Assembly (NCBI GenBank): GCA_002269645.1
Contig: NIVC01000511.1
Coordinates: forward strand, 342,023-406,022
DNA length: 64,000 bases
Source: Macrostomum lignano
Taxonomy: Eukaryota
Direction of reading: 5' to 3'
Both the position numbers and the translations under genes were made by a program. Numbering within the stretch: the first letter of the stretch is position 1; every line of letters starts with the position of its first letter. Shown here one piece after another: positions 39,490 through 52,700 of this stretch. The notes beneath the pieces are model-generated. The model was not told the origin of the DNA, searched no databases, and saw only the letters and a list, made by a program, of their open reading frames with translations.

Positions 39490-40151
39490 ATCTTGGAAGC
39501 TCACTTGCCTGTTCATCAGCGCCTCGGCAGAAGATTGCAGCCTCGGTGTCATCTGGCACGCTTCCAAGATTCCAAGCTTCCAAGCTTCCAAGATGTCAGC
39601 AGTTTGTCTACCTCGGCGGTCTGGTTCCCGACGTCCGCGAGGATCTGCGGCGTCGCCGAGGACTTGCCTGGGCTGCCTTTCATTCTATAAGGTCAGTCCT
39701 GCAGTCCGAAGCCCTACTGGACTGTCAGAGGGCGGCGCTGTTCCAGGCAGTGATCGAGACCATCCTGTTATACAACGCCGAGACCTGGACGCTGACAGAC
39801 TCGCTCAAGGCTCAAGTCGATGCGGCACACGCTGGCCTGCTGCGCGCCGCCTTCAAGATCAACAACGAGCGAGTCACCAACACGGCGCTCTATCATCGCG
39901 CCAGCCTGGCCCGTCCTAGCAATCTGCTGCGCTGTCGACGACTCCAGCTGGCAGGCCACGTCATCCGCGCCGAGGCCTACTGTCCAGAGCTGGTGCAGGA
40001 GGTGCTGCTACTTATGTTGCAGGCACCCTACTGGCGGGGACAGGCGAGGACTCGGCGCTACGTTGACTGTCTGCTGGCTAACGCCGGCGCCCCGGACTCT
40101 GCCGGCGGTGCGGCCTTTGTTCGCACCCAAGCTTCAAAGCATGCCATCTGA
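39490..40151 (+). mobile_element. 5'-truncated RTE-like LINE with a short inverted 5' segment
   Basis: Plus strand LPRCQQFVYLGG...GLAWAAF...LLYNAETWTL...RRLQLAGHVIR is a typical post-RT region of non-LTR elements. 39490-39570 carries LINE peptide on the minus strand. Confidence 0.85.
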
Positions 40152-40571
40152 TGCTGCTTTTGCAAACTGGCAGCGTACTCTGTTGTTTGTTGTTGGGTAT
40201 ATGATTTTTTACTTCCATTGGCTATAACTCAGGAAGTAAGCAACCTATTGAGCATTTAATTGGCTTTTTAAATGCAAAACATTTAGGGCCTTTAAATACC
40301 ACATTTGCACAATGGTACATTGGACAGTAAAAAAAATTCTTCACTTTTTACTACCATTTTTGCTCTATTTTTGGCCCCTTCCTTATGCGGATGCTGGATT
40401 TTTTACTTTTAAGGTCTATAACTCAGGAAGTAAGCACCTTTTGAGCATGTGATTGGCTTCTTAAATGCAAAATACCTAGGCTAGGGCTAGGGCTGCTTAG
40501 CCAGAGCAGCAATAAAGGGCTCATACTTTCCAATTTTCACTCCTATTCCAAGTCTTCAGCCAGCCTGAAAT

Positions 40572-43500
40572 ATGGCATCAAGTGCAGCCTCCACACCAGG
40601 GCCATCTGCGCTGCAGGCCAAGCGTCAGTGGTGTTCACCAGTGGACTGCCTCAGGCCAATTAGCATCAAAAAGGCACTGAAGTTTGTTGTCAAGGCGAAG
40701 GCCAAGGGCGAGACTGGCATTGCTAGCAACACATGCCTGCTTCGTGCAATGGGCCTGCCATCGACAGCCTTGAACGACCATGCCAAGAAGGTGCTGCTGC
40801 AGAAGGTTGCTGATTCCAAGACAAATGTGCACAAGCTGACCCGCAGGCACAGCACTGAGGTGCAAGGAGGTAGCACATCTACCCTCAAAGAATTCCTGGG
40901 GGCAGAGTTCCAACTGCCTGCCCAGGTTTTGAAGGAGCTGCAGCAGCATCATGAGCAGGGCCACATCATCTCTGAGACAGATTCTGTCAGCGATGACGAG
41001 AGCTTTAGGGCCATGGCCAACTCCAGTGCCATGTCGGCTGAAGAGTGCGCTGGGTTAGCAGTGGGCCACAGCGCCATCATTGCCGACCTGCGTGTTCAGC
41101 TGGCTCAGCAGCAGCAAGCACTGTCGACACTTCAGGCCAAGTCGCTGAAGCAATTGACCACTCTGGCTCAGGCTCAGCTTTGGCTGCTTCGCTGAGCGAA
41201 AGGCAAGCTGGCCAGCTGCAAGGTGACCATCTGGCGGCAGCAGCGAATTATCGTCCAGCAGAATGAGGCCATAGAGACCCTTTGCCACCAGGCAAAGCAG
41301 CTTGCTCGGCAGGGCCAGACTGCAGACGAGTCAGCGAGCTGCGCGGCCAGCTTCAGCAAGCGCACTGCAGCCTGGACCAGGTGATAGAGTCATTGCAGGA
41401 GGCTGCCAAGGGCACTCTGGTTGCGACGAGAGAGCTGCGTGCAGTTGGTGGCATCCAGTTCACAAATTGGGTTATTGAGACCTGTGTCTATCTTGTTCTG
41501 GACTGCCATGTTCTAGGACATGAGCTGCATCTGGCATGTCCTGGCAGGGCTGACGACATTCAACTTGTTGCAGAAGGCATTGCCACTGCCGTCAAAGTCG
41601 CTAGTTGCCAGCTCCGCCTTCAGCATTGGAAACTGCTTGGCAAAGGCAAGTGGCCTGGAGAGAATCCTCGCAGCCTCACAGGAGGGCAAGCCGCTGTTGG
41701 TGATGCTAGACAGCACATCCAAGAAGGGTCAGCATTTTGCCGAGTATCAGATTGACATGGGCCTGGGTGACCACCGCCATGTCGGCCTGTCGCTGCGTGA
41801 GATTGAAGGGGACACCGCAGAGATGTACTTCCGTGAGCTTGACACCACTGTCGACGAGTTGGTCAACACATTTTGCGCGCTGACCCTGGACAACAGCGAC
41901 GAGGAACGGCGCAAGATGAAGGAGAGCCTGATGTTGCGGGTCAAGTTCCTGATGACAGACCGGCACATTGTGAATAAGTGCCTCTAGGTGCTTTTCAACG
42001 ACATGCGCATGCAGCTGGCGGCTCAGAAGGGTCTGCCGGTGCCTCAGCCTGTCATGTTGCTTTTTTGTAGCATGCATGTCCTCGTGAACTTGGCCAGCGT
42101 CACTGACAAGGGCATGCACGATGCTGAGAAGTGCATCTTGTCTGAGCCCCAAGGTGCCGCTGCGATTGCCACCTTCCACCCGTCCAAGTTGGAGTCCGGC
42201 ACACAGCGCTTAATTTGCATGGCCTGTAAGGCCTTTCATCGGATGGGGAGCAAGCAGTGTGGCGTTGCCATGCCCCTCGACTCCTACCTGGCCTCAAAAG
42301 ATGCTCCGCCCTTCTGGATGGAGGATTTTAGAGGCAACAGACAGTACATCATCTTCCCAAACGGGGGCTATGTCTACCGGCAGAGGGGCCACCTGTTAGG
42401 GTTCCTTTCCGAGTACTGCTGCCCCAATCGGCTCCTGATTGCAGTTCAAATGGACCTGTGGTCTGTGGTCCTGCTGGCTAGCTGCCGTGCCCTTGGGCTG
42501 CTCGACCTGGTGCTCATCCGTCCAATGTGGCTCCTGCTCTGCGACTCGCGTGTTTTGCTGCTTGACATGAATGAGCATTACGAGACCATATGCAGCTGGT
42601 TGCGCAGTGTCAGCTCGGCAGTGACTCTGGCTCTCTCGACGGAGCTGAAGGGCCCGTTCCCGGAGCTGATGGAAGTCATCCTGCAGGATCTGGATGCCCT
42701 ACTCACGTGGGAGTCACTAATGTCAGAGGACGCGCCGGCTGAGGAGACCGAAATTGTTGGCCAAATGCTGCAGGTGCTCTCTGCCCATATGGTTGTGCTG
42801 CTTGAGCGCAAAGTGCGCGATCACCTGCCGGACAGCAGCCTGCGCAACCTGTTGCCCAAGGACTTGGCAGCAGTGGCTGCAGCGCCGAAGGACAATGTCG
42901 CTGGTGAGCGCGTGTTTGCCGTTCTGGACCGCTCGATGGTGCTGAAGCCCTACATGAGGCCCCTGGCTTGCGAGTCGGCTGTACTGTTCGGCCAGAACTG
43001 CACGGGCAAATGGATTCAGTCTAAGTTGGTGGCTGAGAAGGACCTGCTGATTTCGCGTGCCTGCGCCCTTGCTCCAGCCCTTGAGACCCAGTGGCAAAGC
43101 AGCGCGCAGCTTATCTGTCAGGGGCGCCAGGAGCTCCTGCGGGCCAGGTTGCAGGAGAAGTCCCGCAAGGAAGAGACTTGCGCCTCTGTGCTGCGGGCTA
43201 CAATTTCCGGCATTGATTTCTGCGGCAGCCTGTGGCGCAGCGCAGACCAGATGGCAGTCCAGTTGTCAGTGCTGGACCCTGCGCAGCACGAACGAGCAGT
43301 CAAGGCCCAGCTTCGGCTTCACAAGGCTACGAGTACGTATCACAACACTTCGACTGCTAATTTTTATATGAATGAGGGTGTACAAAGAAAGCAACTGTAT
43401 TTCTAACTACATGCTCATAACTATTTACATGTATGGTTTTCTACTGCTTCGTATCCCCTTCCAGAGGTCAGCCTGCCCAAGGACGAGGCCAACCTGCTGA

Positions 43501-44051
43501 GTTTTTCTGCTGGTGGCGTTCGCTTCTCCACTGCCTAGCTCCACGAGCATCTGCGTGAGCTCCTGGAGTTGATTGTCCCTCAGGACAACACAGCTGCATC
43601 ACCTTTGGGCTCGGCTGCCTCCGCTATGCTGGACCCGACGATCCACAGTGAGTGTGTCCACAGCGCTGTCTAGGCAGTCCTGGAGAAGCCCAAACGCCGG
43701 GCCCCTGTCCCTGGCACAGGCGCAGGCACTGGTGCAGCAGAGTGTGGACGAGGCCGAGGGCGAGGCTCTGGTCGTGGCCAAGGGCAAGGTGGTGGTCGCG
43801 TCCGAGGTTGCGGCCGTGGTTGTGGTGCTTCTGCAAACCGCACTGCCGCAGAGGAAGATGAGGACAATGAGGCAGAGGTGCCTTATCAAGGAGGCCTGCC
43901 ACACCTCTTCGCTGGTCGGCGCATCGAGATGTGTTTCGCCTACCTGGATGGTGAGGAGTGGGACGCTGGCTACGTTATTCGGCAGCTGCCCACACCAGGA
44001 CTGAGCTGGGATGTCCTGGACCGGAAATTTCTGGTCGAGTTCGACGAGTAA
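40572..44051 (+). pseudogene. Large DDE transposase pseudogene, hAT-like (D-D-CxxH-E), with one intron
   Basis: LVMLDSTSKKG (D1), LMTDRHIVN (D2), FCSMHVL (CxxH), FRGNR, CRALGL, DNVAGERVFAVLD (E). N-terminal coiled coil; probable intron ~43335-43464; C-terminal GRG-rich tract and GRRIEMCF...EWDAGYV. Stops at 41193, 41985, 43536 and 43671. TIRs not found. Confidence 0.7.
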
Positions 44052-46845
44052 ACAGGCCAGCAATTCCTGTACGATCTATACACTGACTACCTTGCCAGAG
44101 ACCTGCGTGTACTGTCCAATGACGACGATGAAGATTATTAGTAACTGTGACATACAATACATACGACTGTCTTTGCTTTGTCCCTTTATATTGCAGCTCC
44201 TTGGCTTCTCTAGCTATCCAAACCCGGTCATGTGCATATCTTTGACTGTGTGCCATATATATTTGCTTAACTGGATGTACATTAATCCGTGGGCATATGT
44301 TTGCTCCCGTGCCAATGCCAGTATTGTAAATGAACCTACCATTTTCTCCATGCCAATAAATACTTGCTGGCCATATTATACATATATCAATCTGATGTAT
44401 GTACATGTACCATACTCACCAACATAACTCCATTCTGTACAGTCGGGGGCTATATCTATCATAATCAGCCCACCTGAATTTACATTCCATTCTCACTAAG
44501 TATACTATTTTATTTTTTTTACTCCCTTTGTTGAGATGTTTGCATTGTTGACCAGACAAATGCCAGGGGTTGCTTGTTGGGATAGCATAATGCTGGGGTC
44601 AAATTTCCAGCTGCCTTCCAATGAAAGCCTCTCAAAGGACTCCTAGAACTTAAACTAACTGACGGAACTATCCCAAACCATACATACACTGCAGGTATGG
44701 TAAGATTCTAATAATGTAAATTGATGCTAGTCAAAACTATAAGTAGAAGTACTCGTACATGTATTTACTATTACTAATAACATGGAAAGCAACACAATTT
44801 GGTCATTTTGCAGCACTAAAGGATAGCAAGGGTGTAGAAATTGCTGTGAATATGAAGTAGAACTGAATAAGCATACTTGTACATCATTCCACAGGCTGCA
44901 AATGTGTCATGGGATGATAATTTGGCAAAATGTGTATCCAAGTAGTATGTGAGTAGTATCTATGCACATGGAATTTTTTTCTGTATGTTATAAATATTTT
45001 TATTCGGGCAAATGTTGCCAATATGCACATTATTGCAAACTACTTGTCAATACACAACACGCACATTTAGTATAAGATTATGAATCTGCAACTAGGAATT
45101 CAACTGAAATTCAAGTTTTTCTATCTTGAATAGACATTTATATGTATTTTTGACATAAACTAAAATCTTCATAACATTTTTTGGGCAAAAGCTTTAAGCA
45201 AGCGGTTTTTTAGGCCAAAGTCTCACACTTGCTACTTATTCTGACGAAATTGAACGTGATCTGCAACTGGAACAAAAAGTAGAAATTTGATGATTAATTT
45301 TTGTAATGGATTATATATAGAGAAAAAAATTTTTTTAACACGTTGTGTCTCAAGTTTTGTACTAAATTTATTGTTCTTTTAGTTCTGTAGGATAGTTTTG
45401 TTATAATCTTTTGTTTTTAATCCAATTTTTGGTCTTTCTATAACACTCCATTTTTATCAAAATCTGCATCATTTGTCATTTTTGCCATTATTTTCCTTAA
45501 CTTTCATTTGCAGAGTATTTGCTTCTGCGCTACATAAATATATGTGCTGTATCTCATTTTAAAGATGTTTCTTTCATCTTTCCAATACATATTTTGGTTT
45601 TATCTGTCTCCCTTTATTTTTTCACAGTTTGGTATTGAAGTTTGCATCAATTTTATATATTTTCAGTTTGGAACACCTCGCGTGTCACTTGTTGGACTAT
45701 CTGCAATTGATAGGCTTATAGAAGGTTCTCCCACTTGAAGTTTTTTAATAATCTTTTGATGGATCTCCTCATATGCAGACTATAAAACTTTGCACAGAGG
45801 TCACACAGATATGAGAGTAAAACCCTATGCATTTGACTTTATATGATGCCTAAAACAGAAAAACAAAAAACAAGTATGACGTTTCAATGGATCTACTCTA
45901 TATATGTATCCCCAAAAAACAATTGATTTTTTGGTATATACCAATGTATGCCAAATATATTACTTATACAAAGCTTTAAGTTATCAATTTTGTAATGATA
46001 TTACTAGATTAGTGATGTTGATATTTAATTTCAATTAGACAAAAGTAAAAAACTATAAATAATATATTATATAACTATAATGATGTTAATACAATATTAT
46101 TAATGTTATTAATGTTATTAATAACTTAGGGGGGCCTAACCCTAACTTCAAAATTAAATCAAAATCCAAAATACCAAGATAATTAAGATAGATAGCAAGT
46201 CTAGATTAGGCCATAGGCTTAGTAAATAGGCCTATCAAAATAGGATTTAATCAAGGCACCTTTAATCAATCCATCATTGTGTAATAAAACTATAGCAACA
46301 TTTGGATTTTAAACTTGCTAATTCAAGTTTTTCGAAAAATATCTATTATTTCAAGGTACCAATTTGAGAAATTTCGTCAATCCGTTAAAAATAATTAGGG
46401 ACTAAACATGTGAAAATGAAAGATTGCCGAAATATCCCTTTTGCATCAGACAGTTAGAGATAGACCACAACAGATTTAAGGCATCAGACAGAGAGGAATT
46501 CATACTTACTTCATAACAAAATAGGTAGGACTAGCTGTTCCGTATATAACACTGTCGATCAAGTGACAGGAGTAAGGACCGAGTTGGCTTCTCAATCTCT
46601 AGCTAGCGCGCAGTACTTTGCTTGCGCGGCTGTAGCTCGTTAGTCTAATTTAAAAAATTGCGCAATTTTAGCAAATGCAAAAATTGTTAATATTAGTTAC
46701 AAAAGTTATTTTAAAAAGCGGACAGAAAGCGTGTTTTAATTTTTTTAATAAAAATAATTTATTGGTTTATTCAATCACAAAAAATGAATTAAAAAAGTTG
46801 TCAAGCGGGCCCAGCTCGACCATTCAGTTATCCAGGTAACACCAG

Positions 46846-47301
46846 GATACTAGAATAACCTAGATGGGCCACTCAGCACATTTGCGTGTAAGCTACTTTC
46901 AGTTCAGTAGTAAGTTAAGCTGAAGCATTTTAATGCATTTCTAAAGCCAAGGCTAATTTATTGACTCTTACCCTCCGGCCAAGCTTAAAACCCTAGCTGA
47001 AACTCCACGCAGACATCTAGTCCCGCCCGCCGACCAAATTTTATTACCTTCCTCGGTTGTTCCTGCCTAAATCTGCCTTGTACATTTCATTGGCTAATGT
47101 ACTATGTACATTATGGCTGAACCAATTAGGAAGCTGTTTTCGTCTGCAAGCTTTTTGGCTTCTAAATTTATCAAAGTCATTTCATCTGCCTTTATTTTAT
47201 AGAATAGCTTATGTATATTCTTCTTTGCTACTGAACTGAAAGTAGAAAGCTGTTTTACTAAGTATATATTCTTGAGTGGCCCAACTAGTCATTCTAGTAT
47301 C
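46846..47301. mobile_element. MITE-like element with imperfect ~30-bp TIRs
   Basis: Left GATACTAGAATAACCTAGATGGGCCACTC; right end reverse complement GATACTAGAATGACTAGTTGGGCCACTC. A diverged copy lies at 22014-22417. Confidence 0.7.
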
Positions 47302-48129
47302 TGTGGGTAACACCCATACCAGCGAGTTATAGTAAACCGACTCTTGTGTAGAAATCAAGCTGGCGGAAGTAGTGCTTACCATTTGTCTTAATTGTATAAT
47401 GTGTTTCTTCTCCCGATCACTTCTCTCACATGCTGTAGCTTTCGAAACCAACAGCTGTTTCACCATCCACTAGTTGTTGTGTTTTTTAAACTACCATCTT
47501 TTTTCTTGTGCGTCTGTATAAAATATGTGCTCATAACAAGTCCAGTAAAATAAGTCCGATGTTTTTCCTCATAACTTTTCAATTTCAACTCAAATTAACC
47601 ATCATATAAAGAGCAAAGTTGATTGAAAATTGGTTTGCTAGCTATAGAAAGAATTGCATGCAACCATGCACGCAATTTGTCTGGACGCAATTTTACCCAC
47701 AACCTGCCCAATTAAACAGCCATAATTGTCTAGATTTGGTTAAAGAGACGACACAGAACTGGTCTGGGCTAGTGTTACAGTGTAAGTGCTGTCAAGGCAG
47801 CAGCCGCATGCAGCGCCAAGTTTCGTTTCCACAAGATGTTACGCATATTTACATGCATGAAGTCAAAGTCTGTGGGCCATGCAATTCTAGTTTGAGGTCC
47901 TTCAGCGTTGCCACTCATGCTACTCACACGCCTAATTTCGGAACTCCTTTACCTTCTTAGCGCAGTTAGCTGCAGTCCGCAAGTTTCTCCTCCATGTTGG
48001 TGCAAGAACCAGAGAGAAATTCCATTTTTATGTACGGGATTAGTAGATGCAATTAATGTGCTGGCGACGAACCAGATACAATTGGATTAAGACCGTGAAC
48101 TTACCTGAGGAATTGAGGAATTGGGGTAT

Positions 48130-49040
48130 TGAGGAGTAGGACAGAGACCTACCTGAGACAGCTACATGTATTGAGGAGTAGGAGTCAGGACAGTGACCTA
48201 TCTGAGACAACTAGTATTGAGGAGTAGGACAGTGACCTATCTGAGACAACTAGTATTGAGGAGTAGGACAGTGACCTATCTGAGACAGGTAGTATTGAGG
48301 AGTAGGACAGTGACCTATCTGAGACAACTAGTATTGAGGAGTAGGACAGTGACCTATCTGAGACAGCTAGTATTGAGGAGTAGGACAGTGACCTATCTGA
48401 GACAGCTAGTATTGAGGAGTAGGACAGTGACCTATCTGAGACAGCTAGTATTGAGGAGTAGGACAGTGACCTATCTGAGACAGCTAGTATTGAGGAGTAG
48501 GACAGTGACCTATCTGAGACAGCTACATGCATTGAGGAGTAGGACAGTGACCTACCTGAGACAGCTACATGTATTGAGGAGTAGGACAGACCTGGACAGT
48601 GACCTACCTGAGACAGCTACATGCATTGAGGAGTAGGACAGTGACCTACCTGAGACAGCTACATGCATTGAGGAGTAGGACAGTGACCTACCTGAGACAG
48701 CTACATGTATTGAGGAGTAGGACAGAGACCTACCTGAGACAGCTACATGTATTGAGGAGTAGGACAGACCTGGACAGTGACCTACCTGAGACAGCTACAT
48801 GTATTGAGGAGTAGGACAGACCTGGACAGTGACCTACCTGAGACAGCTACATGTATTGAGGAGTAGGACAGTGACCTACCTGAGACAGCTACATGTATTG
48901 AGGAGTAGGACAGTGACCTACCTGAGACAGGTATTGAGGAGTAGGACAGAGACCTACCTGACACAGGTATTGAGGAATAGGGACCTGAACTACATGAGAC
49001 TACCAGTGACCTACCTGAGGAAGCTAGGGAAGAGTTACCT
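48130..49040. repeat. 39/42-bp minisatellite (gaggagtaggacagtgacctatctgagacagctagtatt)
   Basis: About 20 units with 39-, 42- and longer variants, degenerating at the right end. Confidence 0.95.
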
Positions 49041-49763
49041 GAAACTACCAGTACCATCAGAGTACATGTACATTAGAACCTCAGTTAATCAACCCTAATT
49101 ACTGTAATTACTGCCTGAATCGTAATTTTATTTATTGACTTTGATGCCAATGGAAGTCAGCAAAAGTGAATAATAATTGCATTTAATTTTTCATTTAAAT
49201 TTATCTATTGAAATAAACGTTTGAGTCGCTATCAAAAAGAGGAAGAAGCATGGTGTTCCCATCCTTAAAGCAAAGGCACTAGAAAGACAGACAGGGCCTG
49301 TACGTGAATTCAAGTGAAAAAAAAACTGCCCCAGAAAAGCACTTGAAAGCATGAACAGACAGACCCGCATGTCAACGTCAACACAGTGGGAATTTGTAGG
49401 CTTTCAATTCACTGATTGCTGACTATGGCAGTGCATGCAGGTAGACACCCCTAATCCCCAGCGCATCTCCCATGCTGAGGCTAAAAATTCTCCCAATCTG
49501 TGGATTGGCTGGCCGCGGTTCTCGCGACCTGCACTGCCCACCCCACCTCGCCCTAGGAGCAGAAAAATTTGTTTCCTTATTTCCTTCCCTAAAAACCTTT
49601 CAAATCCGGAGGGACCGCCCCGCCCCAGCCCTTTTTCGGGAGAAGAGTTTTTATCTAGGCTGAAAAATCCCAAAATTTAAAACAATAGGAAAGTCGCGCA
49701 GAACTATCTGAATTTTCTCTCTCGTCTCCGCGTTTCGAATTTCGTAGAGCAGGCGCAGCCCTT

Positions 49764-52700
49764 ATGCATCTCTCTGGTCCGTTAATCCGCTTGATAATCC
49801 GCTTGGCCTGGACGCTAATCCTCGCGCCAGGGCTGACCCAGTCCATCAACTTCTGGGGCGGCCCGGACTGCACCTCCAACTACAAGGAGGAGCCAGAGGC
49901 CGATGGCTGTCACTTCCCGTCGCGCGGACCTGATGGCAGCATCAGCGAGTGCCAGCACAGCCGGGACGGGCTGTGGTGCCCCACCACTGCCGACTACTGC
50001 TCCGACGGCCGCTTCAAGTGGTGCCCCGGCACCGACAGCACCTTCGGCGGCACGGACCCCGGCAAGCTGTGCCACTTCCCATTCACCTACTCTGGCGAGG
50101 AGTTCCGGCACTGCAGCCGGCGGGACACGAGGGGAGGTGAGCAAGGTTCGGGTATGGGAAGCTTGGGCTGAGCAAGGCTGAGCAAGGCTGAGCAAGCGTA
50201 ACCAGCGGTTCTTGTGACTTTCTTAGCCATCTAAATCATCCTTCGAGGGGCCGTAGCCCAAGTAGTCTGGCGCGGCGCTCTGATGTTCCAGCGGCCCAGG
50301 TTCGATTCCAAGTGCAGTCATTAATTTTGGGCTAAATTAGAATCTCGGCTTGGCTCTGCTCGTGCAATTAACGCTCTTGAGGGCCAGCCACCATTGCACA
50401 GTGAAGTGTACATGCCTAACGATAAATAAAGTTAGGGCCGCTGTGCACTCCTGTGTGAGTGTGTGCCTGTGTGTATGACTGCGTACGTATCCGCGCGCTT
50501 GTGTGCCTGCTCAGGGGAGTCGGCGGAATGGGCAGTAATGCCTCTCGCCGGTTGTGCGACAATGTTGCATAAAAGTCCGCCGGGGATGCACACAGCCGGG
50601 GGTTGAGTTGGGATGCCGGTAAGAAATAACAGGTGGAGTGCGTGATTGCAGAGTAGAGAGCTCTGCAAAGCTAAGTCACTGTTACTGCAGCTTCAAATGG
50701 TGCTATTCAACCGAAAAGCATGTCCTAGAAATTTCAGATTCAGAATTCAAGCGCATCCAGTCACATTTTAGATTAGCAATCCTTAGACTGGCCTACTGAA
50801 CAATGAGGATTGCCAGTCCAAAGATCCCTTCCAAGAACAGGACCTGCCCAAAGTGTCATGTGGGGCTAGAAAGTGAAGTTTACTTCCTGTTTAAGTGTAG
50901 TTGAACTTTTATAGTGCTCCCCGGGATAACTTGACCAGGAAATCACGGATAAGATTTAGAATTTGAAATCGTATCTTACTGCAGAGGATAAAGCATTTTA
51001 CCCAATAGCTCAAGAAGACATACGCATAATGGAAATTGTAGCAAAATTAATCAAAACATGACACAAGCCAGAATGCAACTGCAATGAGGCTTCATATTGA
51101 CTTCATTAGTAAGCTTGAATTATTTGTTTGCGTACGAGCATTTGACTTCCGTGGCGTCCAACAATACGACAGAATATCTGTATTCATTAGCTTCTTTGTT
51201 TCTCTTGTTGTGTACTAATTATAGCTCAAAACTAGCAATCAGCCCCTCCCCCCTGTTAGGGAGCCAAGAAAGGAATACAATCTTTTGAATAAAATACATT
51301 CATATTCTATTTGCAATAACCTCAGCAATTCCCCTTCCTTTGTAAGCTTCGACGTCTCCCTTACCTAAAAGTATTTTCCCTTCTCTTCGTTATATGAACA
51401 AATGCACGCATTATTATTATCATTTTTATGGTTATTATTATCTTATTGTCTTCATATTCATCATCTTCTTCTTCTTCTTCTTCTTCTGTCCTTTTATCGC
51501 CGGGGGGGGGCGTGGACACGGGCACGTTTATTGAGAGGTGCAGGTACGTCTGTGTCTGGCCATGTTGGTCTTGGCCAGGAGTCTGCCGCAGCTGGGGCAC
51601 GGTGCTCTCGTGCTGCGGTAGATCCTCGCGCCCAGTTCTTCCACTCTCGCCGGTTGCTCTGGCAGGTGGGCCTGGACTCTCGTTGGTCCGCAGGTTTTGC
51701 GGTGCCGCGCGAAATTCGACTTGCTCCGCCAGCTCCCGCATTGGGCGCACAGGACGAGGCCTCCAGCTTGCTTTTCTCCCTGGCATCGTTTCTGGTGGTT
51801 TTTCCTGGTTGCTTCTGAGGTGAACGTGGTCAAGCAAATTGGGCATGGTAGCTGCACTCTTTCGAAGATGTGGTGCATGCGCCTCTGGTGGATCGCCAGT
51901 CCTCCTCTTGACGCGCAGGTCTTAGTACACCCCTCGTAGCGGCAGCGGTAACCCGTTAGCTCGGATTCGCCCTGCCCGTCCTCTTCTGGCGGGGTCTCAC
52001 TTGCCTCTGGTTGTCGCTTTTTTCTTTTGGCCTTCTCCTCCCGGTCCAGTTCTCTTTCGCGTTTCTTTATTCGTTCTTTCCATGCAGTCCGGTCCGCCAC
52101 CATCCTCTCGAGGTCTAGCTCGTCGATCTTCGCCCCGCGGAGCATCTTCTTCCAATATGAGACGATCGTCTGCTTCCGTTTCTTGGCTTTTCGGATGCCC
52201 TCCAAGGTCTTATTCCAGCCTAGAATGCACGTCTTAGCTAGGTTCGAGTCGGGTAGGCGGAGCACGTGGCCCATACGCCTCCAGTGCGCTGCTTCAATTT
52301 TGTTGCTGATACTCTTGATGCCGAGTTCTGCGCGCACGTCCCACATATTGACTCCCTTCTCTTCCATTTCTATGAGCGGTGGTCTTGTCTTCGCGCTCCA
52401 GACGTATCTGTACTTTCTGTCCATTGTTTGCTGCATTCTCTTGACCTCGGATTTCTGGAAGGGTCTCGCTCCGGCGTTAAACAGCATGGTGCTTTCCACG
52501 CAGGCTTCGACAATGCGCGCTTGAGTGCGCTTGCTCAGCCGTGTGCGCCGGAGCATGTTCTTTGTTCCGTGCCATGCTTTGGCTGCTCGTTTCAGTCTTT
52601 GCGTCATATCCTGCTTCCTTCCCAGCCAGGTCCCGAGCATCCGGATGTTTCCGCTATCCTCGGTGCCTAGCGTAGCTCTTTCTTCTTTATCGTCGTTTGT

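Noticed and set aside
40478-40500. (CTAGGG)3 as telomeric repeat, or TAGGGCTG as a hAT TIR
   Set aside because: Only three units, not TTAGGG, and no matching CAGCCCTA end was found downstream.
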